Below are positions 11,701 to 23,958 of a DNA stretch of 64,000 nucleotides, one piece after another. The notes beneath the pieces were generated by a model. That model made no database searches and was not told the DNA's origin. It saw only the letters and a program-made list of their open reading frames with translations. The position numbers and the translations under genes were made by a program. The DNA comes from Fimicolochytrium jonesii (Eukaryota), in the NCBI RefSeq assembly GCF_025526975.1, contig NW_026515671.1:930001-994000 (forward strand), written 5' to 3'. Within the stretch, counting starts at the first letter, position 1. Each line of letters starts with the position of its first letter.

Positions 11701-14605
11701 GGGTCAAGTGGCGGAGTGGGAGCATGACAGGCTTGGAGCCGGGCTTCAAGTTGATGCTGAAGTTGTCGTCGTCGCGGTCCGGCGGGAGGCCGGTCTGTTC
11801 GGTGAAGAGGGTATCTGTAAACTGTTCCAACGGGCGAAGAGGGTGGTCGGGGGCGACCGATGCGAGTGGATCCCCCGGGTGGTATCGGAGGGGTGTCCGT
11901 TGCCTTTCGGTCCGCAATGATCGCACATTTCTTTGCCTCGACCGTGCGAACGAAGTTAGCCTCTGCTTCGGCGACGTCCGTGAGGGTGTCGTCTGTGGCC
12001 AGGTCCACCTCCGTGTCTGTGCGTGAGACCCATGCGGTATAGACCTCGGTGGCCTTATTCCTCTTGATTCCTCGCTTGAATTGTTTGGCCGTGAGGAAGC
12101 CCTCCTCATTTAAGGCCGCGCGCTTTGGGTAGAAACGGCGGGGGTGAGGGCCCGTATGAGGTTCGAGTAACCGGGCCGCGCAAGCGCTGGGTTGTTGCCA
12201 TCGGCGGGTGGTAGGTTTAGCTCGGAAAGTTAGTACGGTTGCGTTAGCCTCAATTGAAGCGCCGGGAACCCATTGTCGCGCCATAAGCGTATGAGGTCAA
12301 GGTCCAAGATGTAGGGTAGCCCTAGGATAACATCCGCGCGGATCGGGGCCACGACAAACGGGACCCGAGGGGTCTTATGAGGTATTCATTCCTCCGTGAA
12401 GACGGAGAGGTTGGCACAAATCATCCGCGTGGTGCCGTATGATCCGGCTTTGTCACCCCAGCGCACCTCAAGGGGCATGGGACAGTCGTACGTGTTAAGA
12501 TCATGGCGTTGGGCAAATGAGTCGCTAATGAGCATGGTATTGCAACCAGTGTCTATGAGGGTGCGGCAGAAGATGCCGCCGACACGTCCATGGACCTTGA
12601 ACGTGAGCTTGTCGATGATGGGGGTGGGGCGGTATTCCGGAATGGTGTCCTGCAGTCGGGGTCCGGTAGGTCCCTCGGGTTATCTGGACGCTGAGGCGCT
12701 GCAGGCGGTCAGGCCCTGGGCAGAAAATCCTGACTGTCGATGGAGTATGCGCGGCTCGGGGGCTTCCGCGGCCAAATGAAACTTGTCGTTGTCATCATTG
12801 AAGGCCTTGGCGGGCGCCGCCGAGATCTTGAGTCGTCCGGGTTCTTAGGGCACGCCCGGGCGTAGTGGTCCTTGCTGCCGCAAGTGTGACATTCGCCTCG
12901 CTGAGTTTTCCTCTCCTTCCCAAGGGGTACTCGGTTGGAGTTGAAGGTGGGGGGCGTATCGCGCTTGTCGCAAGCCTGGCCGGAGTGGCCGTTCCGGGTT
13001 GGACCCGTTTGCCGTCTCCGAAATGTGGGCAATCCCGTCGGCATAACCCCCGATGCGGAAGGCCCTCTGGGCGGCTCCCTGAAGGGTCTTGATGGGGATG
13101 TCTTCGTCCTCATTGCCCTGTTGTAGGATGAACTGGTAGCACTGCTCACGGATGCGACGTCCGACCTGGTGGAAGGTCAGCCCGTTCAGGAAGTACTCAC
13201 GTTCCTGTCGCGGAGTGAGATGAGATGTTCCTTTTTGGGGAGGATAACGATCTGTGTGGTCAGTACGTTGAAGGCCGGAACGTAGTCGGACATGCTGTCT
13301 TTGAACTTCAGGGCGGCCAGTTTCGCCTCGACCGAATTACGGAGGTTGGCGGTGGGGTAGAACCTGCGCCTGAGTGCCTTCAGGAACCGTTCCTGGGTGG
13401 CGGAAGGCTCTCCGGAGCGAGCCTCGAGCTTCCACCACTCAGCGGCGTCTCCCAACAAGTGGGCTACGAAGTGTTTCACATCCCCGTCCTCTGTTCTGAA
13501 TTCGGTAACTTCCAGATAGCGTAGGTGGGCGTCGACGAACTCGTCCAGTTTGGCGACCATGTCTTTACCATTAGCCTTACCGTCAAACTTGGTCAGCATC
13601 TTAGCCAAGGTGGTTCGGAACTCCTTCTCGGTGGCCGCCTTGCGCTTACGCTCTTCGCTAGCCGCCAAATGGTCCTCGCGGCTAACCCGTACTCCAGCGA
13701 AGGGGCTGTCATCTGGGCAGTCCCTCTCCAGGCGCTCGAATTGCTGCTGGAGTTGGGCGTTGGTGTTGGCCAGCTGGGCTAGGATTTGGAGGATTGTTGC
13801 CTGTCCGTTCTCTTGTCGGGCTGGGGTACGGCTCGTGCGCCGCATGGGGGAGCGGCTTCGGGTCCTCGCCGGGGAGCGGCTGCGGTAGCGGCTTACTCAG
13901 CGGCTCCTTCGACGGGGGGGGAGATGCTCCTGCGACTCGTCGTCCGCGCCTGTATCGCTCTGGCGTCCGATTCTGGCGTCGAGGGTCCGGGCTTCGACGT
14001 CGACAAGGTGAGCGTGAGCTGGAGTGCCTCCTTCCAGGTGGCGACCACGGGGGTGACCCCCTGCGCCTGTGCAAGGGGCGGTTACGCTCTGCGGGGCCGT
14101 TGCCTTGGCGTTGGTCGCTGTCGAGCCGTTGCGCCCTTCGATGCGGGTGTTCAAATGGATCAAGCTTTAAGCGGTCATTGTTAACTATCGCAGAGCTGAC
14201 GGCGGTATTAGCACCCGCCTGAGAGTTGCTCATCGTAGGTTGCCGGAGAGATCTTTAAGGATGGTGCTACCATGTAATAATGCTAGGTCCGTTGCCAGAG
14301 GCTAGCTCTGTCTCCGCTCGATGTATTGAAAGAATTCTAGAGTTTCTACCTCCGGGACGCCGCCCGAAGGCTTTTCTTCCCTTCGGGAGTCACCCCAGAG
14401 CGTAGGACTCCAATATAATCTATGCTACCCGTGATCTCATGCCCTACGCGCTTCCCGCTCTAAGGTGACACTGCAGCACCTCATTACACACTCGCTGTCG
14501 CTTGAGAGCCTTCTTTAGGCTGTCCCCTTTGTGTGTTTGAGGCAAAGGTGTCCCTAAGCGGACGTCGTGTGTGATGTGTGATGTGACACTTCGCTCTAAG
14601 GGGGG

Positions 14606-14825
14606 TGTAATGAGATGCTGCAGGTGTCACCTTAGTGCGGGGAAGCGCGTAGGGCATGAGATCACGGGTAGCATAGATTATATTGGAGTCCTACGCTCTG
14701 GGGTGACTCCTGAAGGGAAAGAAAAGCCTTTGGGCGGCGCCCCAGGAGGTAGAAACTCTAGAATTCTTTCAATACATCGAGCGGAGACAGAGCTAGCCTC
14801 TGGCAACGGACCTAGCATTATTACA
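14606..14825 (+). mobile_element. Family C 3' LTR of a second, oppositely oriented copy
   Basis: TGTAAT...ATTACA, reverse complement of 14273-14488, preceded by PPT CTAAGGGGGG. Confidence 0.9.
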
Positions 14826-15257
14826 TCTGAGCTGCTTCAGATGGACACAGATAGCATGTATATGGCGCTTGCCGGTGACACCATTGATTCCCTGGTGAGG
14901 CCAGAACTCAAGGAGCAGTTTCTACAGGAACGCGGGTTTATGGTTGGTTGCCGATGGGGATGAATACAACGAGAAGACCCGGGGCTATTCAAGATAGAGT
15001 TCACCGGGACAGCGCTGATTGCCCTGGCACCCAAGATGTACTTTGTGGTTGGAGATGAAGAGCAGTTCCTACGGAGCAAGAAGCGCAGCAAGGTGAGCTG
15101 CAAGGGGACCAATAAGAAACAGAATGTCGATCTTCTGACCTACGACAATTTCAAAAAAGTATTGGATGGACAAATCAAGAAAGAGTTCATACAAATGGTC
15201 AACAAAGGTTTTAGATGTTACAGGACGCAGTTGTACCAATATGAAACAACGGCGTGA
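14826..15257 (+). pseudogene. C-terminal fragment of a protein-primed-type family B DNA polymerase (Maverick/Polinton-like)
   Basis: LLQMDTDSMYMAL (motif C), PGLFKIEF, ALIALAPKMY, KVSCKG, LTYDNFKKVL across frameshifts; intronless; cut by an LTR. Confidence 0.8.
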
Positions 15258-15459
15258 AGCCTCAGCAATAAACAAGATAAAAGGAGGAGATTACCAGATG
15301 GGCGCCGAACCTAACCGCTCTACTAGCTTGCACAAAACAAAACAAACCCTTCCCAAGTGGAAGATTTATAGGAGAATAAATATGTGTAGTGAAACGCACT
15401 GCTTGTTTTCCCTCGTTCTTTTTTTTTGACACTCAACGCACTCACTCACGCACTCAACG

Positions 15460-17514
15460 TACTGCTCTCGAGTGGTACAATACGACTTACGCCGCTGGAC
15501 CTCCTGCAAATTGGGCAGCTTTCGAAACGGCTCTCGTCGCTCACTTCTATCCTCGCAACTTGCATAATACTATTGAGCTCAAGCTCTCGGTCTCAAGCTC
15601 GGTGACTCTCTCAAAAAATGTATCAAGGAGTTTCAAGACACCAATAATGAGCTCGAAGCCGCTCATCGTCTCGATAACACTCAAGGCACCATTCCCCTTA
15701 TCGATCAGATTTGATACTTCAAGGCTGGTCTTCTCAAGAATACAGGAATCGGTCATTATCTCGCTGAAGCCGTTACGAACTTTGAAATCTCGGGCACTAC
15801 CAATATCAACACCCCTATCACTCTCGATCAAGCTATCACTGCAGCTCGTCGTGCTCATGTGGCTCATGGGTTCACTGACGGCAACCAAGCCAATACGCCT
15901 CGTCCGATTGCCTCGGCATCAAGTTCTCGTGACGGCCGTGGAGCCAGTTGAGGTCGAGGTAGTTGTGGCGTGGTCGTGGTGGACGATACGCCCCTTACAC
16001 CAATCTCGAATTACGGAATTTGAGCAAGACTTAGATGATATGACCTTTGGGCTCAATGCCCTCGGTACGTCATACTATCCCCCTGGAGTGAGTCGTCTCA
16101 CTACAGGTCAAGTTCCTACCAACGTCACAGCCCTTTCGTTGACGTGGACACTGGCAAGCTACTCACGGTCCTCGTCAACGTCCAACGACTCCCTGTCCCC
16201 TTTGTAACAAAATGGGACATTGGAGAGTTGAATGCTGGTCAAATCCCGAAAAATCGACAGCAAGGCTCGCAAACCCAGAAGCGACGCGGTGGTCTTCGAC
16301 AGCGCGGTCGTGGCGCTCAAACTCCGCAGCCCAGTTGCCAACCTAATCAACAACAAGGTTCAGCCAATCAGGTTGATGCTGGGTCATGCATTACGGAAAT
16401 TCTCGATGACGCCGTCAACTCAGCGAATACTACGAATACTACTAAAATCAAGCTTCGAGTTCTTCCAAGGTCGATAGAGCCCCTCGGTAGCTCTGCTTGG
16501 CCTACCACATACGATCCTACCAATAAACCTGCCTTCGAACCACTGTCTGCTGGACTCTGGGTCTCTCATTGTCGCATCGGAAACAAGTTTGCTCGTGTTC
16601 TTTTCGATAGCGGCGCAACTGGGTTATTCCTTGATAAGACATTCGTCGAAAAGCACAAATTTCCCAAGAAACGTATCAAACCGAAGCAGATATGGCTGGC
16701 CGGCAAAGAATCATACATGATTGTCGACACAGTCGTTTCGGAAAAGTTAGATCTATGGGATCTCAAATCTCAGTCGCTTTTCTTAGTTGGACAACTACCC
16801 TGGCTAGTCAGTAATCTGGCTTACGACGCTATTATTGGAAAGCCTTTCTGGCGTTTCTTTAATTACGCTGAACAATTCTCGATGAGTACCTTACCTACCC
16901 TTCGCTGGACCAATTACGGCCCTATACCAAACGCACCGCAGTCTGTCACCATCAAGTGCGAAAGAACTTCAAGAAACTGGGAAGACGTCGAATACATCCC
17001 GAAACACAAAACCCTTACTTCGATGTACAACGAGATCCGGTCTATGACAAAAGACCTGTTCGACCTGTTCGGATCAGTAAACCTGTGGATACTCGTCCTC
17101 TACCAGCCGCACCTCATTATATATCTCGATTTGCTCAAGCCAATGCCCTTCGCAATCCTCAAGTCATAGAAATGACTTTTAAGCAATTCAATAAGGCTTG
17201 GCGACGGAACAAGTTTGAAAAAGACCCAGTCTGTCCCCTCGCTCTTAACGAAATACTGGACGCTCCACAAGAGCTTAAAAAAATCCAGGACATCTCAAGG
17301 ATATCCTAAATAAACACGTCAATACGCTCTTCAAGGAACCGGAAGGTCTACCCCCTGATCGCGGAGAAGATGATTTCAAGATCGAACTCACTGAAGGTGC
17401 TGAACCCGTTTGGCAACCTCTTCGGCACATGAACAAAGAAGAACTCGCTGAACTCAAGAAACAAATCACCTCGATGCTCGAAAAAGGATGGATACAACAC
17501 TCCTCAAGTCCTGG
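15460..17514 (+). mobile_element. Internal fragment of family B gypsy element (gag, protease, start of RT), frameshifted
   Basis: Closely matches 26339-27637; VLFDSGAT protease; LPPDRGEDDFKIEL...GWIQHSSSP RT start, cut by an LTR. Confidence 0.88.
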
Positions 17515-17791
17515 TGTATCGTCAGAGGAAATGTAGACAACATTGGGCCCTTCTGAGAGGGCTGAGAGCAGTGTATTGTAGTGAAGAAAAAAGTAAGAAG
17601 CTCATCGCAGCGGCCGCTCGACTGACAGCTTTATATATGGGCTGCCAGTGGGGCTTGCGTGGCTTCAGTGAGGCTTGGCGCCTTATGTCATGTATCACCG
17701 AGAGCTCGGGTGGCCAGCCTGGGTCTTGGATCAAGTAGAAGTAAAGAGATATAATATATGAAATACAAGTGAAGATGAGATATCCCCGACA
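17515..17791 (-). mobile_element. LTR family B, solo copy 2
   Basis: TGT...ACA, near-identical to other B LTRs; flanks CCTGG/TCACG, no TSD. Confidence 0.9.
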
Positions 17792-17958
17792 TCACGACTT
17801 GGGTAGCGAACCCTCTCGCCTTGTTCAGATACGACGGCGCGTTCGTGAACAGATGACGGGCTTTAGTCTTGACGTTCTGAAGGAAACTGGGCATCGAGGG
17901 TTTCGCTGTCTTAGCATGATGGATAGAATTTTTTCTCATCGCTTTAGAAAGTGCGAGA

Positions 17959-19463
17959 ATGGCGGCCATCTACAGGGCAAACCCTCTCGAAGCCCAAGGT
18001 TACAATCGGCCCAAGCCGATTACGAACCTCCAACGCCATCAGATTGGCCAGGCGCTTGACTACGGTCATCTCGACGCGTTCGGTGTCCCAATGTGAAGTA
18101 CGCGTGGAACAGGAACATCCACCGGAAGGACCTCGCTACTAAACAGAACTACACCGCTCCAAAACATGAGACGGTCATCTCCTCCGTTGAAGCGTTGAAG
18201 CTTCAATGCAGCCAGGCTTCAATCGAAAGCCTACAAAGATGCCCAGGAGTTCCTCAAAGCAGAGAAGGATTACCGTGAACGCGAACGTTTCCTGGATCGC
18301 ATCACGCCTTCGAGGCGAGCGGGGACCGCGATCTCCGTTGGTACCTCTACCTCTACAAGCGGGTTGCCGATCCCTGATCAGACAGGTTACGTGTACAACT
18401 ACCCCGCTGAAGTTACGGCTCAAACTGGCCTTCAGTTCCAGGCTCCCAGTGGGGGGAAGGAGGTTCCCGAGGAGAAGCTAAATCTGAACACCAAAAATGT
18501 CAATCCTGTTATTCAGACGCGAGAGATGGAGATCCGCGTAGATCCAATGGACGGCACGCATCGAGTCGGCGTCGCGACCGGAGTTGTTGACCGCTCGCCC
18601 AAGTTCCCGCGCCGAAAGGAGACTATGTTATGCCCGGAACGTTCCCTGGCCGAACGGCTGAAGTTCCCATGGAGGTGTATGTTGACACCACGCCCTCACC
18701 GCAGCCTTCTCAACCTGTGAGCCCCCGTGACGCGGTGGTCCTAAGCGATCGGACTGGCCAGAGAAATGAGATCTTTGACATACTAGATCAGAACGCAACC
18801 TTCGTCTCCGTTCCAGCTCCTACGCCACACGCCGAGTTCCGAAAGTACGAGCCACCTCCCGTGCCAGTCTTCAACCAGGGAAAGAAGCGAGCCGGCAGCA
18901 GCACTTTGTACACCGCTCAAGACAAGAAGAAGGCGAGAGTTATATGGGACGACATAGGGGCAAGGAGGAGGTTAGCAGCCGTCGGCAGGGACGATGATCC
19001 TCCAAAAGTGCCTGTTCCCCAACCGACTCCTCCTGACTTTCCCACTCTTCCGAAAGCTGTGGATCTGACGGTGGAGGTCCCGAGAGGGACTAAGCGCAAG
19101 GCTAAAAGGTCGCCCGAGGCGTTATGAGTTCGCAAATGTGCTAGAATAGAGGAGGATGTGGAGGACGTTGTCCTCCGCCCGGTAGAAGCCATAGGCCAAG
19201 CCCCGACCCGCCGTTCAGGGCGAGACCTGGAGGCTGAGATACCTACGACCGGAGTCATAGCGCCACCGGCCCCACTGCCCAAACAACCCAGGGTAGCCGT
19301 TGGAGCCGCGATTCGTCCGCTTGCGAAACTGAAGAGCTGGAAGCTGACATCGGCATTCCTGCCGTCGCTTCAAGCGGCCCTTTGGTCGAACCCATCTTGC
19401 GCAGACGGCCTAGGAAGTCGGCTGAACCGGTACCTGAGCGCCCCACGAAACGTTGTCGGCTAG
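17959..19463 (+). pseudogene. Long intronless frameshifted ORF, Pro/Lys/Arg-rich, unknown function (possibly viral)
   Basis: Consecutive ORF pieces from MAAIYRANPL... through GKKRAG, DKKKAR and GTKRKAKR; no splice signals seen. Confidence 0.45.
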
Positions 19464-19509
19464 CTTAGGGAATGTTGCTTACGAGTAACAAGATCTACTC
19501 GCGAGAATC

Positions 19510-20056
19510 ATGGCGGGGATCAATTCGAGAAACAGCTCCGGGCTCCGGTACTTGGAGGATGCGCATCTTCAATCGCCGCTGGTTAGTGGCGATATGAAGG
19601 CTTTCAGCGGGGACGCCAGCATCACTGGTTTCCAGAAGGCAGGCTTTCAAACTGTCTCGAATGAAAATGACCTTTTCGAGGTAAATTGAGTTGAGGCCAC
19701 CGAGCCGCTGGAATCGAAGACCGAAGCCGGGCTGGCAACTGTTAGCCTTGTTCATGATGAGACCCTCCGAGTCACTGATGGTAAACTCGGCACAACTCCC
19801 GTGCCAAAAGTTGAGGTCATCACGCCAACCCCTGCTGGAAATATTCGACTGCCAGGTCTCGCAGCTCCTTCCACCGGATCCGCGAACCATCACGTACGAT
19901 GCTTTTATCGATAACCTGGACAGCAGGGTGAAGAGGATATCGGAAGCGATGCGGATTTTGGCGGCGAGAGTGGGGCAGGAACCGGAGCAGAGCGCTGGTG
20001 TTGTGCTGTTGGGGAAACAGCTTGCTGATAAGAAGAGTCTGTACATCGAAAGGTAA
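19510..20056 (+). pseudogene. Degraded intronless ORF with a fibre-shaft-like repeat
   Basis: MAGINSRN...; ATEPLESKTEAGLATVSLVHDETLRVTDGKL after one in-frame stop; helical C-terminus in a shifted frame. Confidence 0.35.
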
Positions 20057-20462
20057 AGAACTTTGCGCGCAAGAACTGTTAAGGACGCACTCGCCTTCCG
20101 ATGGCTGACACTTTTGTGCGTCTTGTCAGATATGTGGATTGGGCACGGAGTCACGTAGCGACCCTAGGATGCCCTGCTACCACGGTCATCATTCGTTCCC
20201 TGCGCACCCTCCTAGCCAGCGACGAAGACTTGTGCATGATCTCCAAGTCGGCCTTGAGGAAAGAAATAGACACACTCGTCAAAAGTGCACTCGCACCAGC
20301 TCTGGAAACCGCGCGCAGAATCCTACCACGCTCGGACGATCCGCAATCTCTGATACTCGATGTGAAGTACAACCGGGAAGCCACTTCAAAGCAGGTCAGA
20401 GATGCTACATCAGGCGCCATCATCGAGAACCTCCGCCGCCGCATCATCCACCGCCGCGCCCA

Positions 20463-20933
20463 ATGCCCGAGTCCCTCGAACCCCTCTACGATTTCATACG
20501 CACCCACTACGGCAAACTCCTCGCAACAGGTGCCACAATCGCCTCCGCCCTCTTCCTGCACCACGACTCAAAACGCAACCACCGACAATGCAGGAACGCA
20601 CTGATCTGGCCCAAAGTCAAGGCACATGTGGCGGTGCTGTGGCTTCGGCCGCGATTACACCGTGCCTTCGACGTCTTGACCACAAGCATTGTGGGCGTCT
20701 ACCTCCTTTACTTTGCAGTGCAGTACTGGATCCTCGGCCGCACCGTGTGGGAGATGTCCCTGTTGATATGGCGAGATCAGCAGATCGTGGATTTCATGGG
20801 CGGGTTGCTGGTCGCGGTGGTGTGTTTGGGGCTGTTAGCTGTTGTTGGGGTTGTGGTTGAGAGGGTTGAGAGTGTTAGACATCCAATACCCCCCTTGCTG
20901 CCGCGGGTTAAGGTTAATTGTGTTATCTTGTAG
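20463..20933 (+). CDS. Hypothetical membrane protein (156 aa from ATG 20463, possibly continuous with the 20101 ORF) ending in a CaaX box
   Basis: Two to three hydrophobic segments; C-terminus ...RVKVNCVIL*. Confidence 0.45.
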   Translation: MPESLEPLYDFIRTHYGKLLATGATIASALFLHHDSKRNHRQCRNALIWPKVKAHVAVLWLRPRLHRAFDVLTTSIVGVYLLYFAVQYWILGRTVWEMSLLIWRDQQIVDFMGGLLVAVVCLGLLAVVGVVVERVESVRHPIPPLLPRVKVNCVIL

Positions 20934-22209
20934 TGTAGCTCGTAGCGTAGGTTGCGTTTGCTGTTCATTACAACAAATCTGAAATTGCATCTGCTGTAGA
21001 TACTACTCTTGTTCACTAGCCGAGTTTGTTATTTGATAACATAACTGAGGATATGTAGGTAAATACTACGCCATCTTAATCCAATTGCTTCTACACAAAT
21101 CGTCTATAGCAGGCCCAAGAACAATGAAAACCAAAAAAGAACGTGAATCTACAAACATTTCTGAACAGAAATGAATCATAGGAGTCGAGGCCATCCAATC
21201 CATCTCATTCAAGCGCTGCCACCAGCACGCGCTCTCGAGATGACAACGATTGAACTCGAGCCACCGCTGGCGCCAAACGGGGGCGGAAGTCGGTTCGTTT
21301 TAATATCCGGCGGTTCCACCTTTCATGTTCCTCAAAACGAAGCAGGAGGCATTAGAACAGCGAGACAGGAGAAACGCAGGAGATGCATCACGGAAACGCT
21401 CAAGATAGATAGTTCCGCCGGGTTGTGGATTGTGGACTTCGGGAGACCTGGTACAATGATGATGGATGCACAACGGCCTTGACGCGTCTTTGTCATGACA
21501 TGAATCACGCGTTGGGAACCGGGGAGGGACTCAAACGTCGCCTCTCTCATCATCCAAAGTCCGTCCGAGTCCTTTCTCACCATTCGGTCACCTACTCTAT
21601 GAACAAGAATGCCGATCAGCTCAAAGACGGGCAACGCCTGCGGTTCGGAACTGGATCTGCAGTATCCGGCTCGGGTCATCGAATGGGATGGTTCTACTGA
21701 ACGTTGAAAAAGAAGCGAATGGCGTCACGTACTAGGTTGCAAAGACGACTCCCATCAGGATTTGTGCTTTGTATGCATTATTGAGCCGATCTTACATTCC
21801 CACTATGTACATGTGCAGTAAGGTGCGGTGCGGTGATGCTATGCATGCGCACGGTCTTCTACTGGAAGTTAACCGTTGCCGCTGCGCTGCGTGACATCCG
21901 CGCGGAACGAAATCAACAAGCGCGAACTACATAAAAGCCGGAGACGGAAGGTAAGTCTCTGCAGTTTTCGTCCGGCATATTCATTATGCCACTCCTAAGA
22001 TCTAACGCTACATTAATCCAAGAAACGGAATCTTGCATATGAGTCCAAGGTAACAGCAGAACAGTGTTCCAAGGGAAGGATGGCTCCTTTGCTCGGCGAT
22101 GAGCCCCTCTACCCTCTGCTCGACTCAAGCGGCACCGAGATTTTGCCGCTTTTTATCTCTGGCGTCGGCAGCAGCTCTTCGGAAAACCTCTTCACCTTTT
22201 ATATGAAGT

Positions 22210-23821
22210 TTATCGGCGTCGTCCCCTTGGTACTTCATGCCTGTCCTGTTTTCCGTGCTTCTTCGAGATCTTGACCGCCGCCCGCGCCATCACTTGCCCG
22301 GCAAGATAGCAATAGATGTGATCGGTCTTATTTCCCATCTGAATGTCGAGAACCCGGTTGCCGAGCCAATGGTAGTTGTCGACGTGGTCTGCACCCCCAT
22401 TTGATGATGCAATGATGTGTAAGACGTCTTGGTCTGGTAACAGTCGGAGGCCGGCTTTCGTCAACCGGCGCCGAAACTGAGCTGTAGTCTATAGGAAGAT
22501 TTAGTCCTGTGTCGGGAATCGACAAGCGGCGCAACAAATCTCCGGATTCGTAAACGTACGCAGAAGCCTCCGTCTTGTTTCTTGCTCTGTTTTTTTACTT
22601 GTTTCGACTTCTTCTCTTCGTCCATCCCCAACCGTAACCCATTGGTGAGTTTGCTGAGGAAAACTCTCAAAACTTTACTCTCATTATCGCCCGCTGTCCG
22701 CTTCCTTTTCCCACCGGCTGGAGAGAACTTGTGAGCAACCGCTCCTATTTCTTCGCATAACAGTTTTTTCATCACACACCTATATCTTCAAACGTCAAGT
22801 CTATGCATTCGACGGGGTCCTACAATGAGATTTAGTTTCGCGAGGATAAGTGTCCGGAAAAAACAAGGAAAAACCGACCTTCTTTTTTGCCACCTGCGTA
22901 TGGCGTGGAAAACCCCCTTTCCATAACGACAACTCGCAGCGCATCCTCTATTCTCTCTTCAAAGCTCGTCGTGGGACCATTCCCGGTGTCGGGCCATGTC
23001 TCGGTCGAACGGAATCTCCAACAGCATACACCCGCGAACGAGATCAGGCAACATAAACTCCTTCATGCTGAACTTGTCCGCTATCAAGGTATCGGCCACT
23101 CGAGCGTCCTCAACAGAGGGATCGCGGCAAAAGCCTCGAAGGTCTTCCATTGGGAAAAGCCTTTATCAAGAATGCTTTCGTCGGGATAGCAGAACTCGCT
23201 CTTTCGATGTCCGACACGGACGGGAACTCATACTTGTCTTGCAAACGGGGACCTTTGAACCCTGACTTTTCTGCATATCATATAAATAAGGAATTCATAT
23301 AGCGATTAGAGCGACTCCTAAAGTGGTAAAAGGACCCCGCATACCAAACAGCGCGCAAAAGGCCCTTTGGGCTTCTGCTTGATTTCCCTTTTTGCGTCCA
23401 GTGTACCGTTCGACCACATGGTTGAGGTCGTCCGTCCGGACCTGTTTCTCTCGACAAAGCCTTCACGTTATCCTCCTCTTCAACAATGGCCTTGATGAGC
23501 TCCCGCTTATACTTTCTGCCTCCCTTGTTGCCGCACACTGTGTAGTGAAGCGGTCTGAGGTCATCCTCTTTGTGTAGCAGGTCGAGAAGGTCGAAAGCAA
23601 CGTATGCTGCACGGTAGAAAGGGGTCCCATTGAACATACGGACCGACGGCCGGTTGGTGGGGGAGTGCAAGCACTTTGAGAGGCTCGCTAAGACTCTTGA
23701 CGTTGAAGTAGGCGGGGTTGGGTGGGTGGTAGGCCAATGCTGATTCCCTGCCGAAAGCTGCGAAGAACTCATTGCGCGACTCTCGCCGGCAGATCCGCGC
23801 GTCGCTCACTGGGAAGACATC
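22210..23821 (-). pseudogene. Degraded multi-exon gene with a C-terminal HNH-nuclease-like motif
   Basis: QDVLHIIASSNGGADHVDNY; GT-AG introns at about 23345-23273 and 22878-22820; frameshifts and stops. Confidence 0.55.
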
Positions 23822-23958
23822 TCAAAAAGGGAACACAATATGATGGACACAGTGCTAGGTAATCAGTTTCACAATGCCAGTCATATGTTTATAGCCAGGG
23901 TACTAGAAATGTGCTATGCGACCCGCAAATCGGTCAAAAGGTCAAGAAATCTGCTATA

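Larger units (their letters stand above)
7074..14488 (-). mobile_element. Ty3/gypsy chromovirus, family C, near full length and frameshifted (gag-PR-RT-RH-INT-chromodomain)
   Basis: 5' LTR 14273-14488 then PBS TGGTAGCACCA; partial 3' LTR 7074-7213 with PPT; CHTCGSKDHYARAC knuckle, LIDTGC protease, YLDDILIFS RT, DHESL RNase H, QTDGKTE integrase, HRVEDILDSKW..FLVRWAGF..HWEP chromodomain. Confidence 0.93.

Noticed and set aside
21171..21700. Possible gene fragment
   Set aside because: Frameshifted and unrecognisable; cannot support a call
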